From a virus (Duplodnaviria > Caudoviricetes), in the IMG/VR virus record IMGVR_UViG_3300032225_000286, positions 1 through 33,841 of that record: a stretch of 33,841 nt of DNA, one strand, 5' to 3'. The translations under genes were made by a program, and so were the position numbers. Shown here one piece after another: positions 8,613 through 15,224 of the stretch (within the stretch, counting starts at the first letter, position 1; every line of letters starts with the position of its first letter). The notes under the pieces were generated by a model. It saw nothing but the letters and a program-made list of their open reading frames with translations. It was not told the DNA's origin and ran no database searches.

Positions 8613-9177
8613 CGATCAATCCTTTCATTTCATCTTTGACTTTCACCACTAAATCTTCCCATTGCTTTTCAGAATGGCACGCTTGAAATGCGATCTTGTA
8701 ACTGGCAATTAATTGCTCTTTGGTTTCACAAGTCCGCATCTTGTCAATCAGTAAACCAAGTTTCTCAGGTTCTACATGACTCTTTGTTGGTAGATTAGGT
8801 TTAGGCTTACTCGCTTGGTTGCCGTCATCATCCTCTGGTGCGATACCGCACGCTGCCATCAAGCTATATCTTCTAGCGTAAGTCAAAGCACTAGCGTAAC
8901 CTTGTGGATCGTGCTTGACCGCGGGAAAGTGCAATCTGCCACATTCCATTGATTCACCTGATTCGTGGATAAAAATGGTTTCCAAGATAATGCCGTTGTC
9001 ACATTCATAAGTCTTCTGTAACAAGAATATGCCGTTGTCGTTTAAAGCGTCTATAACGGCCTCAATGCACCCAGCTAGGTCTACATATCGGCTTTTAAAA
9101 TGTGGGTTCACAGACTGTTTTAGGGCGGGATTAAACGCTTTCTGTGCCTTGACCAAGGCGGTTGCTATTTCTTTCAT
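8605..9177 (-). CDS. erf: ERF-family single-strand annealing protein
   Basis: IATALVKAQ, NPHFKSRY, HESGE, DPQGYASALTYARRYSL, APEDDDGN. Confidence 0.93.
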   Translation of the reverse strand: MKEIATALVKAQKAFNPALKQSVNPHFKSRYVDLAGCIEAVIDALNDNGIFLLQKTYECDNGIILETIFIHESGESMECGRLHFPAVKHDPQGYASALTYARRYSLMAACGIAPEDDDGNQASKPKPNLPTKSHVEPEKLGLLIDKMRTCETKEQLIASYKIAFQACHSEKQWEDLVVKVKDEMKGLIDG

Positions 9178-9368
9178 GCTAAATCCTTCATTACATCTTT
9201 GATTTGTTCTATGGTTGACTCTAGCTCTTGCTTAAGATATTCAACCTCGGCACACAAACGCTCGGTCTGTGATTTGTAGTAACCAACTTGAAATGCCAAA
9301 TTGCTTTCATGGCCATACTTTTTCATAGCGTCTTCGCACGCTGCAACAATCAATGGAAATTGGTTCAT
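9174..9368 (-). CDS. Hypothetical coiled-coil protein
   Basis: ORF track; coupled to both neighbours. Confidence 0.7.
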   Translation of the reverse strand: MNQFPLIVAACEDAMKKYGHESNLAFQVGYYKSQTERLCAEVEYLKQELESTIEQIKDVMKDLA

Positions 9369-9535
9369 TACGCTCTCCAGTAAAAAAGGTCTAACAACAA
9401 CACAATAAAACCAATGATGCTGACCACAGTCATGGTGATTTCTAATGAGTTGGGTTTGTGATAAAACTTGGTGATTGAAGCGCCATTTTCCAAAGTGTTA
9501 GGAAATGCTTCGTTTAATGTTCTTGGGTATCGCAT
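9368..9535 (-). CDS. Small protein with C-terminal transmembrane helix (55 aa)
   Basis: Translated by hand: MRYPRTLNEAFPNTLENGASITKFYHKPNSLEITMTVVSIIGFIVLLLDLFYWRA; GGAG RBS. Confidence 0.75.
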   Translation of the reverse strand: MRYPRTLNEAFPNTLENGASITKFYHKPNSLEITMTVVSIIGFIVLLLDLFYWRA

Positions 9536-9636
9536 AAGTCTCCAGTAATGGTTAATGCTAAATTGATGAGGTAAATGGGGTGATGGATGCCAACCTTGAC
9601 TTGGTCTAAGATAAGGTTGGCTTGTTGTTTAGTCAT
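9514..9636 (-). CDS. Small hypothetical protein (40 aa)
   Basis: Translated by hand: MTKQQANLILDQVKVGIHHPIYLINLALTITGDLCDTQEH; TAATG coupling. Confidence 0.65.
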   Translation of the reverse strand: MTKQQANLILDQVKVGIHHPIYLINLALTITGDLCDTQEH

Positions 9637-9860
9637 TAGTAATCTTGACCATTAACAGGACGTTGTGCGCCTGAGAATTCAACATTGATTGGTGCGTTGT
9701 GCTGCCAAGAAACTGGATGTGTGTTTTCTTTTGTCGTAAACATAATAAAGGGACGATTTACCTTTAATAAGTCACGGGCAAAATCTAATGCCTGTTGAAC
9801 TGTTGCAAACTCGTAGTGTTGCAATGTGTCTTGTGTTTCTAAGATGTACTGTTTTCTCAT
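9636..9860 (-). CDS. Hypothetical protein, first gene of the leftward early operon
   Basis: ORF track; occupies the position where cI would be expected but shows no HTH/peptidase features. Confidence 0.7.
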   Translation of the reverse strand: MRKQYILETQDTLQHYEFATVQQALDFARDLLKVNRPFIMFTTKENTHPVSWQHNAPINVEFSGAQRPVNGQDY

Positions 9861-9911
9861 TTGCTTACTTTCTAAAAAGACCCTTATACGATTTGTTAGG
9901 GCATGGAAAGA

Positions 9912-10025
9912 ATGTTAATCTAAATTAACCATGTATGGGTAGGTGAATACCCTAATTTATAAAATATTTTTGCAAATGTTGCTTTTTGTTAACAATAAAG
10001 GTTAGCGGTTAATATGTGTTAACAT
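9912..10025. promoter_or_regulatory. Divergent early promoters with paired operators
   Basis: Operators GTTAAT-CTAA-ATTAAC (9914-9929) and GTTAAT-ATGT-GTTAAC (10008-10023). Each overlaps a TAACAT -10-like hexamer (minus 9917-9912; plus 10020-10025 with TGTG extension). Confidence 0.65.
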
Positions 10026-10032
10026 TGGAATT

Positions 10033-10191
10033 ATGACTAAAGAACAAGCAATTGAATACGCAGGTAACCAAGCTAAACTGGCCAAGATACTAGGTATCAC
10101 CAGAATGGCGGTTAATCGTTGGAAAGAAATTCCTAAAGCTCGGGTATGGCAATTACAGTTATTGCATCCTGAATGGTTTATTAACACTTGA
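10033..10191 (+). CDS. cro: Cro-like HTH regulator (52 aa)
   Basis: Not in the ORF track: MTKEQAIEYAGNQAKLAKILGITRMAVNRWKEIPKARVWQLQLLHPEWFINT; P22/N15-type Cro pattern; upstream of the replication gene. Confidence 0.9.
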   Translation: MTKEQAIEYAGNQAKLAKILGITRMAVNRWKEIPKARVWQLQLLHPEWFINT

Positions 10192-10205
10192 GGTATAATT
10201 TTTAC

Positions 10206-10290
10206 AAACTTGGCTAGGGTAGCTCCCGAAAAGACGATTCTTCAGCGTCCTGCCATAGTTTCTTTGCTGAAGTTGACCAATGAAGTAAGG
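10206..10290 (+). ncRNA. Structured leader RNA, c4/CI-antisense-like, upstream of the replication initiator
   Basis: TATAAT at 10194-10199. Three-way junction: AAACT-TGGC/GCCA-T-AGTTT, GGG-TAGCT-CCC, GACG-ATTCTTCAG-CGTC. Loop is complementary to GCTGAAG (10266-10272). Confidence 0.6.
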
Positions 10291-10294
10291 TTAT

Positions 10295-10981
10295 ATGCAC
10301 TACTACAATTTCCATATTGGGGATTACAAATCCCACACCCATCATTTAACCATCATCGAAGACATTGCTTTTCGTAGGTTATTAGATCATTACTATTTAC
10401 ACGAAGCGCCAATAAAACAAAGGGACATAGCTAGGCAAATCAATATGTCTGGCTATGAACAAGAGGTGCTTTCCGTCTTGAATGAATTCTTTCACGATAG
10501 CCCAAACGGCTATATCAACCCTAGAGCAGAAAAAGAAATTAAGGCTTATCAGGCCAAAATCCAACAAGCGTCTAAGGCTGGTAAAGCGTCTGCTGAACGG
10601 AGGTTCAACGCCCGTTCAACGGACGTTCAACCAACCAATAACCATAAACCAATAACCAATAACCATATATATAGTGATTTTGAAAAAATCTTGAAAGCAA
10701 AGCGGAAACCATTAACGGATACGCTTTTAGATTCCATTCAAGATGAAGCCCGTAAAGCTAATTTGACACTTGATGAGGCGCTCAAGATTTGTTGTGAAAG
10801 AGGATGGACAACCTTCAAAGCAGAATGGATTGTTAACAAGGCCGATATTGTCCACCAAACTGTGCCAAGCACATTTGATCGTGATCCTGTTCTTGTCAAG
10901 CTAGATGAAGAGGCCAAATTATTAACAACAATTCCAGAAGATGTAAAAGCTAAATTTAAAATGTTAAAAGGTGGTAAATAA
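10295..10981 (+). CDS. DUF1376/YdaU-family replication initiator (lambda O analogue)
   Basis: MHYYNFHIGDY...AFRRLLDHYY N-terminus; internal iterons; position after cro. Confidence 0.85.
   Translation: MHYYNFHIGDYKSHTHHLTIIEDIAFRRLLDHYYLHEAPIKQRDIARQINMSGYEQEVLSVLNEFFHDSPNGYINPRAEKEIKAYQAKIQQASKAGKASAERRFNARSTDVQPTNNHKPITNNHIYSDFEKILKAKRKPLTDTLLDSIQDEARKANLTLDEALKICCERGWTTFKAEWIVNKADIVHQTVPSTFDRDPVLVKLDEEAKLLTTIPEDVKAKFKMLKGGK
10592..10667. repeat. Probable replication origin: iterons plus 7-bp tandem array
   Basis: GTTCAAC at 10603, 10614 and 10625 (11-bp period), with an inverted variant GCTGAAC at 10592. Five tandem AACCAAT/AACCATA units at 10633-10667. Confidence 0.7.
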
Positions 10982-12010
10982 ATGTCAACATTAATCATCG
11001 AATCGTGTGAAAAAGTCATTGATGAAGTTAACAATCCATCTAGCATTGTTCATGTTAAGAACTCATCAATTATTGCTAAACATTTGAATGCTGATTTAAT
11101 CAGTCACCAATCACAAATTGATAGCGTTAAAAACAATCAATACGACAACATTATTTGTGCTTATGGATCGCCATACATGAAATACAACGCTTATTTAGAA
11201 ATATTAGATAACAATCCAAATGCCAAAATGTATTGGTTGGTTAACGATCACGATGTTGAAGACAACATTCTTTTACGCAAATGGCTGCTTAAATACAATC
11301 ACCCCTACCATATGATTTGCAATAACCCTAGAAGTGGTTATAGAGGATGGATTTTACGTAAATCAATGAATGGAAAAACGTTAAACGATTGGATTGATGA
11401 ATGGCATACGCTTAATTTAAACACACTCATTTTTAATGAAAATTTGTTTTATAAAACTTATGAATCTACAAATAGAGAATTTGATTTGATTTATTACGGA
11501 ACATTTAGAAAACATAGAATTAAAGATTTACTTGATTACAACGGATGTGATTTTCATTTAAGCACTTCAAAAAAAAATCAAAGTAAATATTCTGAAGCTG
11601 GTATTCAAGCTAAATTTATAGAAAAATTAATGTGGTCAGACAAACCTTTTGATATGTTTGAACCAATAGGTTTACGCCTTAGAGATTACAAATATTCTAT
11701 TTATTTAGAAGATGAACATACTCATACAAATTACGCATTTATGGCAAATAGGTTTTATGAATGTGTAATGAACAATACTATTTTATTTTTTGACCATCGC
11801 TGCCAAATGGTTATAGATAAAAGTGGTTACGTTGTTGATCCATTTTTAATTGTTAAAAATGCTGCTGAATTAAATGAAAAAATGGAAATGCTAAATTCAG
11901 ATAAAGAATCTTTCACTTTTATGCTAGATAAACAAAGATCAAATTACGAAATTATTATTAAAGAAAAACAAGAAATATTGAACAAATTAACGGAATTGCT
12001 TAAATGTTAA
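10982..12010 (+). CDS. GT-B glycosyltransferase resembling T4 DNA beta-glucosyltransferase
   Basis: Colinear matches to T4 BGT recalled from memory: KMYWLVND~KIYYLFTD, DLIYYGTFRKHR~DVIYGGSFRSGQR, ANRFYECV~TLRVWETM, IVKNAAELNEKMEML~YVNNRAELIDRVNEL; similar length. Confidence 0.75.
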   Translation: MSTLIIESCEKVIDEVNNPSSIVHVKNSSIIAKHLNADLISHQSQIDSVKNNQYDNIICAYGSPYMKYNAYLEILDNNPNAKMYWLVNDHDVEDNILLRKWLLKYNHPYHMICNNPRSGYRGWILRKSMNGKTLNDWIDEWHTLNLNTLIFNENLFYKTYESTNREFDLIYYGTFRKHRIKDLLDYNGCDFHLSTSKKNQSKYSEAGIQAKFIEKLMWSDKPFDMFEPIGLRLRDYKYSIYLEDEHTHTNYAFMANRFYECVMNNTILFFDHRCQMVIDKSGYVVDPFLIVKNAAELNEKMEMLNSDKESFTFMLDKQRSNYEIIIKEKQEILNKLTELLKC

Positions 12011-12420
12011 TGGTAACTTTCAGAGTTGACGGCACACCAGTACCAAAAGGCAGACCAAGATTTGCTCGTAGAGGTAAGTTTACTGCTGCATACACACCTA
12101 AATCTACATTGCAATATGAAGATTTAATTGCCGATGGTGCTAAACGAGCAATGGGGGCATCAGAACCCCTAGAAACGGCTTTAGAAGTATTTTTTTACTT
12201 TTCCATGCCAATCCCTAAGTCTTACTCTAAAAAGCGCACAGAGGCGTGTTTAAGTGGTTTAGAACGACCTATGAAAAAGGATTTGGATAACCTGATCAAA
12301 TCCGTGAGTGACGGCATGAACAGAATAGTTTACAAAGACGATGGTCAAATTGTTACCATTCATGCAATCAAAGTTTATGGTGAACCCTATGTTGAGGTTT
12401 TAATTAAGGAGGCAGAATGA
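12004..12420 (+). CDS. rusA: RusA-family Holliday junction resolvase
   Basis: GTPVPKGRPRF, DLDNLIKSVSDG, YKDDGQIV motifs. Confidence 0.92.
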   Translation: MLMVTFRVDGTPVPKGRPRFARRGKFTAAYTPKSTLQYEDLIADGAKRAMGASEPLETALEVFFYFSMPIPKSYSKKRTEACLSGLERPMKKDLDNLIKSVSDGMNRIVYKDDGQIVTIHAIKVYGEPYVEVLIKEAE

Positions 12421-12518
12421 GCATCTTTGTTATGACAATGGCCTTGTTTGGGATGGTTTGTTTGGTTGGTTTACTAGGAATGTTATTATGGTTATTCATA
12501 GAATCTTTATCGCACTAG
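12417..12518 (+). CDS. Small membrane protein (33 aa)
   Basis: Translated by hand: MSIFVMTMALFGMVCLVGLLGMLLWLFIESLSH; AAGGAGG RBS; ATGA overlap. Confidence 0.7.
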   Translation: MSIFVMTMALFGMVCLVGLLGMLLWLFIESLSH

Positions 12519-12533
12519 GTTGGAGAAAAAGAC

Positions 12534-12863
12534 GTGTCCCCAGAAAAACACGCTGAATTTATTGGCAATTTTGCCTCTAACTACGCACAATCTAAATCCA
12601 ATAGAATTGGCTTAGAACTCAAGCTAAAGACCGCCAAGGCCATATTGATGAAACAGGCTTACCTTGATGGCATTACACAGGTTGCAGCGCAGGAGAGAGA
12701 TGCTCTAGCTGACCCTGAGTATATGGGTTTGATTGACGATCTGATGTTGGCCGTTAAAGAAGAAGAAACCCTTAAATACCAGCTTGAGTCATCACGATTA
12801 ATGATTGATGTTTGGCGCACCCGTGAAGCATCAGAACGATTAGCAATAAGGTCACATGAATGA
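12534..12863 (+). CDS. Conserved helical phage protein (possibly UvsY-like)
   Basis: GTG start with GGAG RBS; AAQERDALADPEY...IDVWRTREAS pattern; function is inferred only. Confidence 0.65.
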   Translation: MSPEKHAEFIGNFASNYAQSKSNRIGLELKLKTAKAILMKQAYLDGITQVAAQERDALADPEYMGLIDDLMLAVKEEETLKYQLESSRLMIDVWRTREASERLAIRSHE

Positions 12864-13081
12864 AATGCCCAGTTTGCAACAGTAAAAGCGGAACACTAGA
12901 AGTAAGAACCAACAAAGATGAATCAAAAAGAAGACGCTATCAATGCCTCAAAGGACACCGATTCAGCACCCGTGAAGTCATATTTGAAGACCAAATATGT
13001 GAGAAACAAGAGGCTTTTGGAGGTAGTAGCGTCCCTCAATTGTCAACATTGTGGGCATTACCTGTCCCAAGCGTGTCATAG
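12860..13081 (+). CDS. Zinc-ribbon protein (NrdR N-terminal / Ogr-Delta-like)
   Basis: MKCPVC...RRRYQCLKGHRFSTRE; C-terminal tail overlaps the next gene. Confidence 0.7.
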   Translation: MKCPVCNSKSGTLEVRTNKDESKRRRYQCLKGHRFSTREVIFEDQICEKQEAFGGSSVPQLSTLWALPVPSVS

Positions 13082-13319
13082 CAATTGGCATGGGGGTAAA
13101 GGGCGTGGCATCAAAGCTAGTGACGAATATGTCGCAGCGCTATGCCAAAAGTGCCACTTTGAGGTTGACCAAGGCCCAAGGTTAAGCAAAGAAGAACGTC
13201 AAGAAATGTGGCTAAACGCACATCTCAAGACGCTCCACTTCCTTTTGATCACCGATCAATGGCCTAGAGGCGTGCCTGTCAGCGATCTGTACCTAAAAAG
13301 ATACTTACCCCTTGCGTAG
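12972..13319 (+). CDS. Putative Zn-binding nuclease (DUF1364/YbcO- or DUF968-like nin-region protein)
   Basis: CQHCG, ACHSN, GKGRGIKASD, LCQKCH; start uncertain (GTG 12972 preferred over 12918). Confidence 0.7.
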   Translation: MKSYLKTKYVRNKRLLEVVASLNCQHCGHYLSQACHSNWHGGKGRGIKASDEYVAALCQKCHFEVDQGPRLSKEERQEMWLNAHLKTLHFLLITDQWPRGVPVSDLYLKRYLPLA

Positions 13320-13526
13320 GGCAGGAATTCCCGCCTGTGGCTGGTTTGTGGGGCTAGGGCTATGTCTGGGATGGGCGTGGGTAATATCGGTCTTTTCGTG
13401 GGCTTTTAGCTCTTTCTCAAGCGCCATAACGTGCTCACGCTCTTTTTGCCACTCTTTTTTGACAACATAGTGTGAATCGTCATCCTTTTTGGCTTTTTCA
13501 CGGGTGTAGGTAAAGTTCGTTGCCAT
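13305..13526 (-). CDS. Hypothetical His/charged protein
   Basis: Strong AGGAGG RBS; convergent with the early-right operon. Confidence 0.75.
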   Translation of the reverse strand: MATNFTYTREKAKKDDDSHYVVKKEWQKEREHVMALEKELKAHEKTDITHAHPRHSPSPTNQPQAGIPALRKG

Positions 13527-13537
13527 TTTTTTTCCTC

Positions 13538-13571
13538 CTAAAATATATCTGTCACAATTCTAATTGAAAAT
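13538..13571 (+). promoter_or_regulatory. Pho-box-like promoter for the acidic microprotein
   Basis: CTAAAAT-ATAT-CTGTCAC (15/18 to CTGTCATAWAWCTGTCAY), 10-nt spacer, GAAAAT. Confidence 0.45.
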
Positions 13572-13596
13572 GAAGTTTTTAACCAAAGGAGCAACC

Positions 13597-13740
13597 ATGA
13601 ATTACACCTTCACCATTGAGAACTGGGAAACCACAATTACTGTCGAGACTGACAATATTGAGACACTAGAAAAAGTTTCTGAAGCAATTATTCTTGCTTT
13701 AGAAGATAATGAAGAAGACGAAGAAATAGACTTTGAATAA
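13597..13740 (+). CDS. Highly acidic 47-aa protein
   Basis: Not in the ORF track: MNYTFTIENWETTITVETDNIETLEKVSEAIILALEDNEEDEEIDFE; AAGGAG RBS; followed by a terminator. Confidence 0.8.
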   Translation: MNYTFTIENWETTITVETDNIETLEKVSEAIILALEDNEEDEEIDFE

Positions 13741-13756
13741 AGTCTGATCACTTCGT

Positions 13757-13780
13757 AAAAGGGGCATTACGCCCCTTTCT
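13757..13780. terminator. Bidirectional intrinsic terminator
   Basis: AAAAGGGGC-ATTAC-GCCCCTTTCT between convergent genes. Confidence 0.8.
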
Positions 13781-13811
13781 TCGTTTGGTTACACTTTTCG
13801 TAACCTTCCGA

Positions 13812-14768
13812 TCACACCTCAATCACCTGACCTCTAAAGTCAATCTTATCTTTGTCCAATACTCTGACAACTTCTGGCCACAACAGTTGACCATCTTTAA
13901 ATGTCAGCACAATGAATCCTGACCGCCAGTTAGTAGGAGAATGTTCTAAATAATTCTCAAACTGTGGGCCTGTGGGTTCAGCTAGTGTACCTGTATCTAT
14001 ACCAAATCGTGTGCCTTTGTAATCGTCAAATGGGGTTACCTTCAGACTATGTAAATGACCAGTTATCATGGTCACACCTGCGTTAACAGTATTGTTGTGT
14101 GTTGCGTGAACGCCACCCTTCCATCGGTGTTTAACAATCACACTTTCATTCAACCATACTGACCAACAAGGTATCCAATTAGGAAAATGGTCTTTTAAAG
14201 AAAAACCTTTGATCTGTTCATACTGAGGCGCATTAGCTGCCAAACGAGTTTCAAACCTCGCATCGTGGTTGCCTAAACACCAAATCATCTTGACCTTGTC
14301 GTTTCTCTTCTTGACCTCATCTTCTATCTCACCAAGCGCCATTTCACAGGCTTTAAGCTCACCAATTAAGGTAGGGGTACTGTCCCATCCAATTCTAGGA
14401 AAACGGCTGATAGAAGCCCCATCAAAGGCATCCCCGTTGTTAATAATTGTGTGTACATTGTCCATATTCTGTATTGCCCAAATTAATCCGTTGTAGGCGG
14501 TAGTCCTGATACCAGGCCAAAAATGTGCATCACTAAAAACAATGACTGTGCCGTTTCTCAGTCCCAAATCAAACCGCATCGGTTTCTCAGCAGTTGGCGC
14601 TCTCTGAAAGCGTTCTGAATCTAATTTGATTTTATATTTTTCTTCAATTCTGTTTCTGCGTGCGTATATATTGCGTTCTGTAATGCCCAATTCTCTAGAC
14701 ATTTTGGTTGGGCTTTTGTACATCTGAAACAATGACACAAACTCCTCATCTGTCATTTTCTTACTCAT
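13812..14768 (-). CDS. Calcineurin-like metallophosphoesterase with N-terminal HTH-like segment
   Basis: All five motifs present: FSDAH, NGDAFD, GNHD, KH, GHLH. N-terminal SPTKMSRELGITERNIYARR. ATG 14768 coupled to the GNAT stop. Confidence 0.88.
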   Translation of the reverse strand: MSKKMTDEEFVSLFQMYKSPTKMSRELGITERNIYARRNRIEEKYKIKLDSERFQRAPTAEKPMRFDLGLRNGTVIVFSDAHFWPGIRTTAYNGLIWAIQNMDNVHTIINNGDAFDGASISRFPRIGWDSTPTLIGELKACEMALGEIEDEVKKRNDKVKMIWCLGNHDARFETRLAANAPQYEQIKGFSLKDHFPNWIPCWSVWLNESVIVKHRWKGGVHATHNNTVNAGVTMITGHLHSLKVTPFDDYKGTRFGIDTGTLAEPTGPQFENYLEHSPTNWRSGFIVLTFKDGQLLWPEVVRVLDKDKIDFRGQVIEV

Positions 14769-15184
14769 AACTTCTTTCTCCAATATAGCGTGCCTTTAGC
14801 ACCCCAAGGATTAGTAGGATCAAACAATCGAAAACCACAGGAAATTAAAGAATTGGATGATGGGGGGTTATGGTAGGTGTCAGTTATTAGCCACGCCCAT
14901 CCCATTTTTCTCGCATACGCTTGACGTACCCTGATAAGCCTTTTCTGTACGCCACGCCCACGATAATTTTGAATAACACCAGAACGACATAGATAACCAG
15001 TATCACGCCATCGACTAGAAGGGACAACACCTGCAAAAGCCACAGGACGGCTCTCTTGATAAGCAATCCACCAAACACCATCAGATACATTGTATTTTTT
15101 ATCATAAGGTAGACATTCTGTTTGCAGTTGATACAGCAGTTCAACATTTTCAACAACAGAAGTATCTATTTGCTTGATTTTCAT
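14765..15184 (-). CDS. GNAT-family acetyltransferase
   Basis: Motif A (GVIQNYRGRGVQKRLI) and motif B (NPPSSNSLISCGF). Start moved to ATG 15184 because the longer 5' region is a terminator/promoter. Confidence 0.88.
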   Translation of the reverse strand: MKIKQIDTSVVENVELLYQLQTECLPYDKKYNVSDGVWWIAYQESRPVAFAGVVPSSRWRDTGYLCRSGVIQNYRGRGVQKRLIRVRQAYARKMGWAWLITDTYHNPPSSNSLISCGFRLFDPTNPWGAKGTLYWRKKL

Positions 15185-15190
15185 AGCTTT

Positions 15191-15224
15191 ATTGTCACCA
15201 TGATTTGTGACACAAATACGAAAA
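15191..15224 (-). promoter_or_regulatory. Pho-box-like promoter, probably leaderless, for GNAT-phosphoesterase
   Basis: TTTTCGT-ATTT-GTGTCAC (13/18), 10-nt spacer, GACAAT, 6 nt, ATG. Also a TGTCAC-N8-GTGACA palindrome at 15193-15212. Confidence 0.45.

Noticed and set aside
10002-10187. Minus-strand 61-aa ORF as a possible CI repressor
   Set aside because: It is the antisense shadow of the plus-strand Cro-like gene and has no HTH or RBS.
10633-10667. CRISPR-like mini-array
   Set aside because: These are 7-bp tandem units without spacers, inside a coding region; better explained as an origin.
13787-13805. Palindrome GGTTAC-N7-GTAACC
   Set aside because: It lies between a stop codon and a terminator with no associated promoter; single occurrence, no function supportable.
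14765-15184. GNAT as a Mu Mom-type adenine modifier
   Set aside because: It looks like a short generic GNAT; I recognised no Mom-specific features and it is not linked to replication genes.
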